Source of the DNA: Bacilli bacterium
GTDB taxonomy: Bacteria > Bacillota_I > Bacilli_A > RF39 > UBA660
Length of the DNA stretch: 64,000 bases
Reading direction: 5' to 3'
Assembly (NCBI GenBank): GCA_900768815.1
Contig: CAAGEE010000009.1
Location: 12,930-76,929 of the forward strand
The notes below the pieces were generated by a model. It searched no databases, was not told where the DNA came from, and saw only the letters and a list, made by a program, of their open reading frames with translations. Positions 31,024 to 40,718 of this stretch are shown here, one piece after another. The first letter of the stretch is position 1. The number at the start of each line of letters is the position of its first letter. The translations under genes were made by a program, and so were the position numbers.

Positions 31024-33081
31024 CTATTCATTATCATTACTTGTTGAATCTCCACCAGTACTTCCTCCAGTGTTTCCTCCTGTATTACCACCAGTACTTC
31101 CTCCAGTATTGCCTCCTGTACTACCACCAGTACTTCCTCCTGTATTATCGCCTGAGCCCGGTTTACTAGTATTACCTGAATCATCCCCAGAAGAACCAGA
31201 ATCTTCTTTCTTATCATCATCTTTTTTAATAGCAGGTTTTTTACTACTATTAGTTAATGTTAATGTAATACTACCCTTAATTAAATCAACACGTTTAGAA
31301 GCAGGGTAACTTTGAGCTGTAACTGTACCAGAAGAATCTCCAGTAAATTTAACGGATAATCCAACTCTATTAGCCATAGTTCTAGCTTGTGATTCTGTAA
31401 CACCTATAAAGTTAGGAACTAAAGCATATAAACTAGAACTCCTATAAGGACCTTTACCAATAACTTCTTTTTCATAAGGACTATTAATTGAGAAACTAAA
31501 TTCAGTAATAGAAGTATGTTCTACTAATTCTAAGTTTTCTTTCATAGCTTGAACAATATCTTTACGACTATTTTCATTAGGAATAAAATCGTATAAAACC
31601 ATTCTCATTCTCTCATCATAAATCATTTGACCATTACCCGCTAAATATAGTTGTTGAATATTAATCAAATCAGCTTCATCCGAAGATAAGCTCTTCTTAA
31701 CAATGTCCTTTATTATATTATAGAAAGATAACATTTGTTGAGTAGTTAAATTAGTATCTAAACTATTAGAAACTGTATCTAAAATTTCCATAAATTTAGA
31801 AACACTATTAACCGTCTTAATTTTATTTGCTAAAGCAATAACTATTTCTTGTTGATGTTGATTACGACCAAAGTCACCATTAACTAAAGCTTTTCTATTT
31901 CTAGCATAAACTAAAGCTTGTTCACCATCTAAAGTTTGATAACCTGGATTAATACAAACTTGTCCACCACGAGAAGAGTCATCAGTACAAAGAGTCTGTT
32001 CAACATTTATTTCAACACCATCAACAGCATTAACTAATTTAACTAATCCCTTAAAATTAATCTTTGCATAATAGTCAATATTAATACCTAAGTATTGTTC
32101 AATAGTATTCATCATACAATCGTTACCATATCCAGCAGCATGCGTAATTTTATTTTCTGCTTTATTAGACCAACAAGCAATTGGTACATAGCTATCTCTT
32201 GGTATAGATAACATTGTAGCATTCAATGTCTTAGGGTTAAATGTAACAACTATTAATGTATCACCATTAGCAACAGCATTCTTTTCAAGTACTTCATCAG
32301 TAGAATCAATACCCATAAGTAACATTGTAAAAGGTTCAGTAACTTGCTTACCAGTTGATTCCCTTTCAACTTCACTAGTTGCTGACTTTTTCATTTTCTT
32401 TTCTTTTGTAACAATTATCTTAGTATCCATACCAATCTCTTCATATCCACTGATTGAAGAAAACATAGAAGGGTAATTGGTAGGTAAGATAATAGCATCA
32501 ATACTTTTAGCATATAAATCAGTAATCATAGTTTGATAATCATTATAATCAACTAATTCATTATCATCATACAACTTATTTTCTTTAATAATTTCTTGAG
32601 GAATTATATAACCATCAGGAGATTTTTTATTACTCTTATCTAAAACACCAATTTTAAAATCTTTAATATCATTTATACTGCTAGCCTCATTATTAGCCAT
32701 AACAACAACACTAGAAGAATAAATAACAGTATTTTTATTCATATTACTTAATTTGCCATATAAGTAAAATATAATAGCACCAACTATAATACAAATAATA
32801 GTATATAAAATCATAAATGTAATATAACCAATTCTCTTAGAATGTTTATTCTTAGGTCGTCTCTTTAAAATACCCTTAGTCTTAAAAATTATTAATATAT
32901 CCAACAATACCAAGATTCCCATAATTATATATCTAATTGTATTTTCAACCGACGCCAACATAAAAATTTCATATATTGCAAAAAAACTACTCAGTAATGA
33001 AATAATTGATAACATCAAAATTATAAGCTTTAATATTGGTTTCTTTTTAGTATCTTTTTCTTTAGTCATATAAGCCTCCAA
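31024..33081 (-). CDS. LytR-CpsA-Psr (LCP) family cell-wall glycopolymer phosphotransferase with an extended N-terminal domain and a G/S/T/N low-complexity C-terminal tail
   Basis: N-terminal TM, then …TFNPKTLNATMLSIPRDSYVPI… (LCP core). The C-terminal tail is …GGSTGGSTGGNTGGSTGGNTGGNTGGSTGG…. Confidence 0.8.
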   Translation of the reverse strand: MEAYMTKEKDTKKKPILKLIILMLSIISLLSSFFAIYEIFMLASVENTIRYIIMGILVLLDILIIFKTKGILKRRPKNKHSKRIGYITFMILYTIICIIVGAIIFYLYGKLSNMNKNTVIYSSSVVVMANNEASSINDIKDFKIGVLDKSNKKSPDGYIIPQEIIKENKLYDDNELVDYNDYQTMITDLYAKSIDAIILPTNYPSMFSSISGYEEIGMDTKIIVTKEKKMKKSATSEVERESTGKQVTEPFTMLLMGIDSTDEVLEKNAVANGDTLIVVTFNPKTLNATMLSIPRDSYVPIACWSNKAENKITHAAGYGNDCMMNTIEQYLGINIDYYAKINFKGLVKLVNAVDGVEINVEQTLCTDDSSRGGQVCINPGYQTLDGEQALVYARNRKALVNGDFGRNQHQQEIVIALANKIKTVNSVSKFMEILDTVSNSLDTNLTTQQMLSFYNIIKDIVKKSLSSDEADLINIQQLYLAGNGQMIYDERMRMVLYDFIPNENSRKDIVQAMKENLELVEHTSITEFSFSINSPYEKEVIGKGPYRSSSLYALVPNFIGVTESQARTMANRVGLSVKFTGDSSGTVTAQSYPASKRVDLIKGSITLTLTNSSKKPAIKKDDDKKEDSGSSGDDSGNTSKPGSGDNTGGSTGGSTGGNTGGSTGGNTGGNTGGSTGGDSTSNDNE
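31045..31200. repeat. tandem ~12-bp coding repeats (GGx-ACx-GGA-GGx units) encoding the (T/S)GG(S/N) tail
   Basis: A visible run of CCTCCAGTACTTCC/CCTCCTGTATTACC-like units. They generate the spurious overlapping ORFs at 30981..31220 and 31070..31309. Confidence 0.6.
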
Positions 33082-33279
33082 ACATCCAAATTATACAACT
33101 AATATTATACTCAAGTTTTAACAATATATCAAGTTATATACTATGTAATCTCAAAACTTTACAATACTAAAAACACTGTCAAATAATGTCAAAATATAAT
33201 AAATAACTTCAAAGAAATAAAGTAATGACTATAAAAATGCTATAATATAATAGAGTTAATATAGTGGAGGTAGAATATC

Positions 33280-36200
33280 ATGAAAAGAATTTTTTATTTA
33301 ACACTTTTTATAACATCTTTATTTTTTCTAAACACAATTAATGTTTCTGCCTTTTCATCAGAAAACTATAAAAATCGTGCTTTATGTGCTAATTTTGAAC
33401 TAGCTAGTTTTGCATCAGATGGGACAATCACTACTGTAGGTTGCTATAACACGTATGAGGAAGCAAAAGCGACTATGACTACTAATGGTTCCATTGAACT
33501 TGCTATTATGACAAAGCTTGATGGTATAACTAGAATTCTAGATGCTAACATGGCTTTAGTAGATTTGAGTGTATCAGGAAATACTACTGTAAGGTACTAT
33601 GACACTGCTGATTTAAAGTATGACTATACTTACATGAATAACTATGGTTCTTATGGTGGTGGTGATGGAGTTTTAGTTGGTATTGCTTATTCTCAATCTA
33701 AAAATGTTTGGGTTGGTAAAGTTACTATTGCTAATTTCACCGGCTGGATAAGATATGGCAATTACGAAATAGTTCCAATTACTTGGGTAAAATCAAGTAA
33801 TTCATATACTGTAACTAATGATTATATAAGACACAATTATGTAACAAAAATTCAAGAGTATTATAATGGTTCCTTAGGTGCAACAATTGGCCCTAAACCA
33901 GATATGTTAAGTGCTGGTACTTATTACAGTTATGATGGAAATTACTTCTACAAAGATTTACAAACTTTAATTAAAGATTATAAAGCTAATAACAGAAATA
34001 ACTCTGTAAATAAAAATAACCCATATTATAATTACTATATGTATTTATCAAATCATAGTAGAACAACATATTCATCAGCAAATATCGATGAATATATTCG
34101 TAATAATCTAGGTATTACTAAAGACGCTTATGGTAAAGCTACTAATAAAGGTAGTTCAAGATTATATGGTAAAGGTCAATTCTTCTATTATGCCCAAGAA
34201 AAGTATGGTACCAATGCTTTATTAACATTCAGCTTAAGTAGAAATGAAACAGGAAATGGCCGTAGTAAATTAGCAATCAATAAAAATAATGGTTTTGGCC
34301 TAGACGCTGTAGATTCAAATCCAATAGAAGGAGCTAGATATTATGCAGCTTTTGCTAGTAGTATCCTAGGCTATAGTTCTACTTATGTAACTTATGGCTT
34401 TGCTCATCCTCGTAGCTGGAAATACTTTGGTTCACAATTTGGTAATAAACGTCTAGGTATGAATGTAAAATATGCATCAGATCCATACTGGAGTGAAAAG
34501 ATGGCTGCTAACTATTATAGTTTTGATAAATCTAAAGGTATGCAAGACTATAATTACTATCAGTTAGGAGTAGTAACAGCATCGGTAAATGCTATGAGTG
34601 ATGCTTCTAATAGTTCAAAATTTGTCTATACTTATACAGAGGCAGGAGATGCCTTAGTAATTCTAGGTGAAAAAACCGGAGAGAATGTTAATGGTAATAC
34701 AACTTGGTACAAAGTAACGAGTGATTTAAATATTGATGCTAACTTTAATGAAATAAGATCAGGAAATTATAACTGGGATAGCTATGTCTATGTACCAGCA
34801 GCCTATGTTAAAAAAATTAATACTGGTAAAAATGGTTATATATCTCCAAATGATGTAACTGAATATCAAGATAAAAATTATACTTATGATTTATATGATG
34901 CTAATAATACACTAAGTCCTAAAGTAGCAAAAACTACAAAGAATTCCGACTACTATTATGATTCTGCTCTTCAAACTAAAAAAGGAATTAGTATTTTAAA
35001 AGATAAATATGTAATGGTCTATGCAGCAGCTTATAATAATGGTAAAGCAGTCTCATACCTTATCTCTTCTGACTATAGATATGATCAAAAAGATTGGGTA
35101 AGTGCCAACTCATTAGACTTTATAACTTCTGAATATGCTAATGTCTACACTAACTTAAGTGGAATATATTGTAATGAAGTAAATTCTGAACCTATCGAAT
35201 TATCAACAAACGTAGTTTCTTGTTTATTCCATAATACTTATATCCCAGTATTTGAACATAAAACAGTAGATGGACGTCTATGGTATAAAGTTCCCCTAAA
35301 CTTATCAGGAACATCTAATTCATATGGTTGGGTACTTGCTAAAACTAGTGACTTTACTCTAAATCTTGCAGCATACACAACAGAAAATACTGCTCCTATA
35401 ATAACAGCTTCTAATAGGACTATTGTTCAAGGTACCAAAATAGATTTATTAGAAGGAGTAAGCGCTACTGATAAAGAAGAAGGCAAAGTAGCAGTAAAAG
35501 TACTAAACTCAAACTTAGATATTGATAAGGTTGGAAAATACCAAGTAACATATCAAGCAACAGATAGTAAAAATAAATCAACTGAATTAACAGTAACAAT
35601 AACCGTAACTGAAAATAAAAAACCAGTTATAACTGCTGATGACATAGTAATAACTCAAGGTCTGCCATTTGATCCTAAGAAAAGTGTAAGTGCAACAGAT
35701 GAAGAAGATGGTAAAATAGAAGTAGTAGTTATAGATAATAAAGTTGATATTAATAAAGTAGGTACATATCAAGTAACATATCAAGCAACAGATAGTTATA
35801 ATCAACAAGTAGTAAAAACAATAAATGTAACAGTTGTTGCTAATCAATTACCAACTATAAATGCTTCAGATAAAAATATTTATCAAAATGAAGATTTCAA
35901 TAGACTTGATGGAGTAAGTGCAACAGATCCGGAAGATGGTGACATTACAAAGAATATAAAAGTAATTGCAGATACTGTTGATATAACAAAAATAGGTGAG
36001 TATAAAATAACTTATGAAGTAACAGATAATTATGGTAACAAAGTAACAAAAGAAATAAAAGTAATTGTTACAGAAAAAAAACTAATCAAGACAACTGGAA
36101 ACTTCTACTTTGATTATTTAAAAGAAGTAGGTAATAAACTTCAATTACGAGGATATCTAACAGTAGAAGGCATAAATAATACTTTAAATGAAAATATTAG

Positions 36201-37011
36201 TTATAAAATTTTGTTTGTTGATACTGCTGGTACAACATATGAACAAAAAGCAACAAGAATAATTGATTTAACTGGTATAACAAGACCAATTCCTTCACCT
36301 GATGGCCACAAATATACCCATCCTTGGTTCTACATAGATATTGATACGGACTCTCTTCCAAGAGGAACTTACACAATGTATGCCGTTGCAGAGTCTAATA
36401 AGACATATAGTAAAGTTCTAATAACGAATAAACTTTATAAAACCGAAATAACTGGTTATAAAACAAATAAAACAACAACAACTATAAAAAATAATTATGG
36501 TAATAAAACATCTGCTGTAACTCTATATATAAGAGATGAGTTTCCAACAAAGACAGTAGGTAGTTACTATAATCAATTTGATACTTGGAGAACTCTAGAA
36601 TTTACAAATGGAAAACTACATATAAAAGGAGTTTCATATTCATTTGGTATGGACTTATCTCCAAATGCTAAAGTAGAAAGAAAAATAATCTTTGAAAATA
36701 AAGATACTCTAAAAACTTACTCATTTGACTTGGGTAGTATTACAAACGGTCTATATAAAGTAGCTCTACCAGAGTCTGATAATTTAGATAAAACAAGAGC
36801 CTGGTATGATGCCAATATTGATATAAGTGAATTAGAAAAAGGAACATACTCAATCTATGTAACAACAAAATCTAATAAAACTGATATATCAGAATTAACT
36901 GATAATTTAAGAAGAGACTTAAGTGCTAGAAAAACTACTATAAATAAGAAAGATTACCAATTAAAACTAGACACTAAAAATGGTAATAATATTGAATTAA
37001 TAGTAAGCTAG
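33280..37011 (+). CDS. large secreted cell-wall hydrolase: signal peptide, glucosaminidase-like (LytD/FlgJ-type) domain, three tandem Ig-like (DUF5011/Big-like) repeats, and a C-terminal beta-rich domain
   Basis: Signal peptide LFITSLFFLNTINVSA. …KYASDPYWSEKMAANYY resembles the YATDPxYAxK glucosaminidase motif. There are three ~75-aa repeats (…VSATDKEEGKV…YQVTYQATDS…). TAG stop plus a terminator. Confidence 0.65.
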   Translation: MKRIFYLTLFITSLFFLNTINVSAFSSENYKNRALCANFELASFASDGTITTVGCYNTYEEAKATMTTNGSIELAIMTKLDGITRILDANMALVDLSVSGNTTVRYYDTADLKYDYTYMNNYGSYGGGDGVLVGIAYSQSKNVWVGKVTIANFTGWIRYGNYEIVPITWVKSSNSYTVTNDYIRHNYVTKIQEYYNGSLGATIGPKPDMLSAGTYYSYDGNYFYKDLQTLIKDYKANNRNNSVNKNNPYYNYYMYLSNHSRTTYSSANIDEYIRNNLGITKDAYGKATNKGSSRLYGKGQFFYYAQEKYGTNALLTFSLSRNETGNGRSKLAINKNNGFGLDAVDSNPIEGARYYAAFASSILGYSSTYVTYGFAHPRSWKYFGSQFGNKRLGMNVKYASDPYWSEKMAANYYSFDKSKGMQDYNYYQLGVVTASVNAMSDASNSSKFVYTYTEAGDALVILGEKTGENVNGNTTWYKVTSDLNIDANFNEIRSGNYNWDSYVYVPAAYVKKINTGKNGYISPNDVTEYQDKNYTYDLYDANNTLSPKVAKTTKNSDYYYDSALQTKKGISILKDKYVMVYAAAYNNGKAVSYLISSDYRYDQKDWVSANSLDFITSEYANVYTNLSGIYCNEVNSEPIELSTNVVSCLFHNTYIPVFEHKTVDGRLWYKVPLNLSGTSNSYGWVLAKTSDFTLNLAAYTTENTAPIITASNRTIVQGTKIDLLEGVSATDKEEGKVAVKVLNSNLDIDKVGKYQVTYQATDSKNKSTELTVTITVTENKKPVITADDIVITQGLPFDPKKSVSATDEEDGKIEVVVIDNKVDINKVGTYQVTYQATDSYNQQVVKTINVTVVANQLPTINASDKNIYQNEDFNRLDGVSATDPEDGDITKNIKVIADTVDITKIGEYKITYEVTDNYGNKVTKEIKVIVTEKKLIKTTGNFYFDYLKEVGNKLQLRGYLTVEGINNTLNENISYKILFVDTAGTTYEQKATRIIDLTGITRPIPSPDGHKYTHPWFYIDIDTDSLPRGTYTMYAVAESNKTYSKVLITNKLYKTEITGYKTNKTTTTIKNNYGNKTSAVTLYIRDEFPTKTVGSYYNQFDTWRTLEFTNGKLHIKGVSYSFGMDLSPNAKVERKIIFENKDTLKTYSFDLGSITNGLYKVALPESDNLDKTRAWYDANIDISELEKGTYSIYVTTKSNKTDISELTDNLRRDLSARKTTINKKDYQLKLDTKNGNNIELIVS

Positions 37012-37034
37012 AGCCCAAGGCTCTTTTTGTTTTA
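37010..37034 (+). terminator. rho-independent terminator (AGAGCC-caa-GGCTCT plus T-run)
   Basis: Inverted repeat overlapping the TAG stop, followed by TTTTTGTTTT. Confidence 0.5.
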
Positions 37035-37161
37035 GACTTCGATAAAAAAAGAAGATTGTAAAAACATCTATTTTATGTTACCATAAAATTGTCAAGGAAA
37101 CTTGTACAAAAAAAGAGGAACATTTTGTAAGTGAATGTTACCTCAAAGATACTTTAAGAAT

Positions 37162-37192
37162 GGCACTCTAACTTAGAGTGCCTATTTTTTTA
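37162..37192 (+). terminator. second + strand rho-independent terminator (GGCACTCT-aactt-AGAGTGCC plus T7)
   Basis: Perfect 8-bp stem followed by TATTTTTTTA. It lies 125 nt beyond the first terminator and so delimits a short orphan unit. Confidence 0.55.
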
Positions 37193-37261
37193 TTACAAGT
37201 ACCAAGAGGTGACACTCAAATGAAATGTTCCGAAGGAGAGTATATATTATTACAAAAAGTA

Positions 37262-37310
37262 AGGCAAAAGACCAAAAATAAAGATTCATACCATGTAAAG
37301 TATGAATCTT
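37262..37310 (-). terminator. rho-independent terminator of the PASTA gene (- strand)
   Basis: AAGATTCATAC…GTATGAATCTT 11-bp stem. On the - strand it is followed by TATTTTTGGTCTTTT. Confidence 0.55.
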
Positions 37311-37364
37311 TTAAATTTACTAATTAAATTTATTAAATTACCAAATCTAATACTTTAAAAATAC

Positions 37365-39230
37365 TTATTTAACAATAGTTAAACTAATTGTATTACAGGT
37401 AGAAAGCTTTTTACCATCATAACTACCAGCATTACATACTGTACCTGATACTGAATCTCCATTACTACAACTATCAACGAAGTTAGCAACTACTGTAAAC
37501 ATTGGATAAGCCGCTTTAGTAGCACTTAATGTTTGAGCTCCTGTATTACCAGTAAGAATATAGAACTCTTTATTTTCACAAGCTGGAGTAGAAGGTTTAC
37601 TATTACCACCATTATTACTGTTACTTGGAGCCTTACCACTACTTATAGTAAGCGTAACAGTTGTACCAGCAGATACCTCAGAACCAGCACTAATGGATTG
37701 ACTTATAACTTTGCCTTTCTCAACAGAACTACTATATTTATATACAAAGCTATAGTTAAGTCCCGCGTTCTTTAATTTATTAGCTGCATCATTTTTGCTA
37801 AATCCTTTAACATTAGGAACACTCATCTTTTTACCATCAGAAATAGTAACAATTATTGTATCCCCATTCTTAATAGTTTCTCCTTTTTTATAAGAGTATC
37901 TAATAACTTCACCAGCAGTAACGTCATCATTAAACTCATGTTGTTCTTCATACTTAATATTATATTTATCTGCCCATTCTCTAAACTCATTTAAGTTATT
38001 AAAACCAGGCATTGTTAATTTACCTTTAGAAAGAGTAACCGTAATAACTGTACCTTCTTCAACAGCATCTCCCTTACTATGACTAGCTTTAATAACATTA
38101 TTTTCTTTAATAGCCTCATCATATAAATCCTTAAATTCAACTTTTAACTTATTCTTAATAATCCATTCAGTAATCTGATCAACACTCATCTTTTTAAAGT
38201 CTGGAACTATAATTTTAGGTCCCTTACTAATAACAATCTTAACAGTCGTAACATTATCTCCTGTTATAGTAGCCATTTTTCCCGCTTTAACACTTTGACT
38301 AATTACTTTATTTCTACTAATCTTATCAGAAAACTCATATTCAATCTCATACTTAATACCATGTTGTTTTAAATAAAATATAGCTTCAGTCTTACTCTTA
38401 TTAGTTAAATCACGCATCTTAACTTCACTATATCCACGTTCTTCTCCGTAAGAAAAAGTAAATTTAATCTCATCACTTCTTTTTACATTACCAGATTTAC
38501 TTTGTTCAATCAAAGTATTCTCCTTAGCAGTAGACTGAACAAATTCAAAAACCACATTACTTAAATGATTCTCTTCAATATATTTTAATACATCTTCACT
38601 TTCCCAACCAACCATACTTGGAATAACGATTTCCTTATCTGGATTAGGACCTTCACTAATAGAAAGAACTAACTTCTTAACATTTTTTAACTTAGTACCT
38701 GGTTTAACACTCTGATAAATTATATGATACTCAGAAACAACATCACTATATTCATAAACTTGTTCTAAAGTAATATCATTATCCGTAGTCCATTTAATAG
38801 CACTACTTAAACTTTTATCAACTAAGTTTTCCATTACTTTAAGAGTGGGTAAACTAATTATATTAAACATAATTAAAATACCAAAAACTTGATAAATAAA
38901 AAGTACACTTAACGCTAAAATATTAGTGCCTTTCTTCTTACTAGAATTAGTAATACTAGAAGATATAAAGAACACTGTAAATAAAAGTAAAAGTAGAGCA
39001 AATACTATGTCTTTTAAACTTTCACCTTTAAAAATAGTACCTCCAAAATATCCTAAACAACTAATCATTGTTAAAACAGACAATATATTAATTAAATAAT
39101 TATTTTTTTTGTTACTAGGCTTCTCAATTTTCTTAACAAAGTCTACATCTTTTTCCTTACGTATTTCTTCTCTAGTATTAGCATTCTTTAAAGGAACATT
39201 CTTATTTTTACTTTTTGCCAAATAAACCAC
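37365..39230 (-). CDS. kinase-less PASTA-repeat membrane protein (3 TM, 5 PASTA-like domains, C-terminal Cys-containing domain)
   Basis: There are five ~65-aa repeats ending …G(D/T)xVT(L/V)TIS(K/D/S)G… with VISQS motifs. There is no protein-kinase domain. The C-terminal domain has 6 Cys (…PACENKEF…CSNGDSVSGTVCNAG…LSTCN…). Confidence 0.7.
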   Translation of the reverse strand: MVYLAKSKNKNVPLKNANTREEIRKEKDVDFVKKIEKPSNKKNNYLINILSVLTMISCLGYFGGTIFKGESLKDIVFALLLLLFTVFFISSSITNSSKKKGTNILALSVLFIYQVFGILIMFNIISLPTLKVMENLVDKSLSSAIKWTTDNDITLEQVYEYSDVVSEYHIIYQSVKPGTKLKNVKKLVLSISEGPNPDKEIVIPSMVGWESEDVLKYIEENHLSNVVFEFVQSTAKENTLIEQSKSGNVKRSDEIKFTFSYGEERGYSEVKMRDLTNKSKTEAIFYLKQHGIKYEIEYEFSDKISRNKVISQSVKAGKMATITGDNVTTVKIVISKGPKIIVPDFKKMSVDQITEWIIKNKLKVEFKDLYDEAIKENNVIKASHSKGDAVEEGTVITVTLSKGKLTMPGFNNLNEFREWADKYNIKYEEQHEFNDDVTAGEVIRYSYKKGETIKNGDTIIVTISDGKKMSVPNVKGFSKNDAANKLKNAGLNYSFVYKYSSSVEKGKVISQSISAGSEVSAGTTVTLTISSGKAPSNSNNGGNSKPSTPACENKEFYILTGNTGAQTLSATKAAYPMFTVVANFVDSCSNGDSVSGTVCNAGSYDGKKLSTCNTISLTIVK

Positions 39231-39416
39231 CTCATCTTCTTATATAATTATATAATAAATATTGTAAAATACAAACACTAACAAACCCCTAATATGTCAA
39301 AGAATGTCTATATATCAATATTTGACTAACTAATTCATAAATGATATTATGTAAATAGATGATTTTTAGTACATCAATAAATACAAAAATTCACATACAA
39401 TAAGAGGTATATTAGA

Positions 39417-40718
39417 ATGAGTAAAGCAGTTAAAAATAATCTAAGTAAAATAATAAGTATCTTTATTTTAATTCAACCAGTATTAGATCTTATTACTGGT
39501 GTTTGTTTACATGAATTTAACTTAAATTTAACTCTAGGTATTATTATTAGAATGTTATTTTTATTCTTTATAGTCTTAATAACTACTTTTGTATATAAGA
39601 AGAAAGTATCCATAATATATTACTTAGTATTTTTTATCTATAGTATTATTTATCTATTAGTACTTGGTAAAAGTAATTTATTTGGTGAAGTACAAGGACT
39701 TTTAAGAGTATTTTACTTTCCACTATTATTAATATCTTTATATGAATTAAAAGATGATATAAGAATAAGTAAATTAACTTTATTTACAACATTATCTATC
39801 TATTTAATTTGTATCTTTATCCCAATGATTTTACATATTGGTTTTAAAAGTTATGAGATAACTAAGTCAGGTACTCTAGGTTATTACAATTCTGCTAATG
39901 AAATATCTGGTATTATTTCTATTTTAACTCCTATAATATTCATTATATTTACAAATAAAACTACTGATAAAAAAAGTATTATTTTAAAAGTCCTTTATGC
40001 ATTACTATACTTAGTAGTAATACTAACTATTGGTACCAAAACACCATTATTATCTTTATTAATAACAATCGCCATGACTTTTGTTTGGATTATTATCAAG
40101 TCCTTTAAAAATAAAAAGTATAAAACTATTTTTACCGCTTTTTTAGTAATAGTAATTGGTATAATCTCTCTTTTAGTAGCAATACCAAAAACTAACTTTT
40201 ATAAAAATATCAAAGTTCACCTAGATTATTTAAAAATAAAAGACGTAACTGATATTATTGATGATGGTAATTTAATTGATCATTTTATCTTTAGTCAACG
40301 AGTAACATTCTTTACTGATCGGAAATATACTTATGATAATGCTAATATAGCTAATAAGTTATTTGGCATAGGCTACTATGATAATGATAAACAAGCTAAA
40401 CTAATTGAAATGGACTATTTAGATATTTATTTTAATCATGGTCTTATTGGTTTTATAATTTTTTTCTCATCCTATATATATGTTCTAGTTAAAACAACAT
40501 TTAAAAAGAAGAAAATAACATTTGAGTTACTCATGTTAAATACCAGTATATTATTAGTTTTATTTTTATCATTATTTACAGGCCATATTATAACAGCACC
40601 TTCTGTAAGTTTAATTGCAATATCCTTAATAATGGTTTTAATAAATTATGGAAAAAAAGAATATATATTAAATTTATATAGTCTTAAAAATAAAAAAGGA
40701 GAGAAGTATAATGCCTGA
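39417..40718 (+). CDS. polytopic membrane protein, O-antigen ligase/polymerase (Wzy)-like
   Basis: 433 aa, at least 10 TM with one larger loop, and the first gene of the glycan locus. The family call is by architecture only. Confidence 0.45.
   Translation: MSKAVKNNLSKIISIFILIQPVLDLITGVCLHEFNLNLTLGIIIRMLFLFFIVLITTFVYKKKVSIIYYLVFFIYSIIYLLVLGKSNLFGEVQGLLRVFYFPLLLISLYELKDDIRISKLTLFTTLSIYLICIFIPMILHIGFKSYEITKSGTLGYYNSANEISGIISILTPIIFIIFTNKTTDKKSIILKVLYALLYLVVILTIGTKTPLLSLLITIAMTFVWIIIKSFKNKKYKTIFTAFLVIVIGIISLLVAIPKTNFYKNIKVHLDYLKIKDVTDIIDDGNLIDHFIFSQRVTFFTDRKYTYDNANIANKLFGIGYYDNDKQAKLIEMDYLDIYFNHGLIGFIIFFSSYIYVLVKTTFKKKKITFELLMLNTSILLVLFLSLFTGHIITAPSVSLIAISLIMVLINYGKKEYILNLYSLKNKKGEKYNA

Noticed and set aside
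30981-31309. Two overlapping ORFs (- 30981..31220, + 31070..31309) with poly-(LPPV)/(EEVLV) translations
   Set aside because: Both are alternative-frame readings of the 12-bp tandem repeat that encodes the LCP protein's G/S/T tail; they are artefacts of repeat periodicity.
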